A DNA stretch of 64,000 nucleotides from the human T2T-CHM13v2.0 reference genome, Homo sapiens, in NCBI RefSeq assembly GCF_009914755.1, contig NC_060925.1. One strand, 5' to 3'. Shown piece after piece: positions 64,000 through 64,000 of the stretch. The position numbers and the translations under genes were made by a program. The first letter of the stretch is position 1; the number at the start of each line of letters is the position of its first letter. The notes below the pieces were generated by a model. That model saw nothing but the letters and a program-made list of their open reading frames with translations, had not been told where the DNA came from and ran no database searches.

Positions 64000-64000
64000 A

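Overview
Great-ape (most likely human) genomic DNA, about two-thirds interspersed repeat. It holds the 5' end of SPATA6 on the minus strand: a CpG-island promoter (~52.3-53.2 kb) and coding exons 1-3 (52678-52628, 33833-33696, 32302-32254). Later exons lie off the left edge. The most notable object is in intron 3, antisense to SPATA6: an ERV9/LTR12 provirus (15917-25572, 4-bp TSD CAAG). Its 5' LTR U3 enhancer has received an L1-mediated, full-length STRADB retrocopy (16416-~18620, 11-bp TSD, polyA). The retrocopy has an uninterrupted 418-aa ORF, but its C-terminal MO25-binding WEF motif reads LEF. The provirus lacks RT and integrase and carries a compressed second, foreign pol remnant. Other items: a tailless U4 snRNA retrocopy, a local templated duplication bracketing SPATA6 exon 2, a twin-primed L1PA, an Alu>THE1>L1 nest, a full-length SVA upstream of the promoter, and many Alu, L1, Tigger and MaLR fragments. 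Gene and repeat names come from recognising the sequence from memory, not from database searches.
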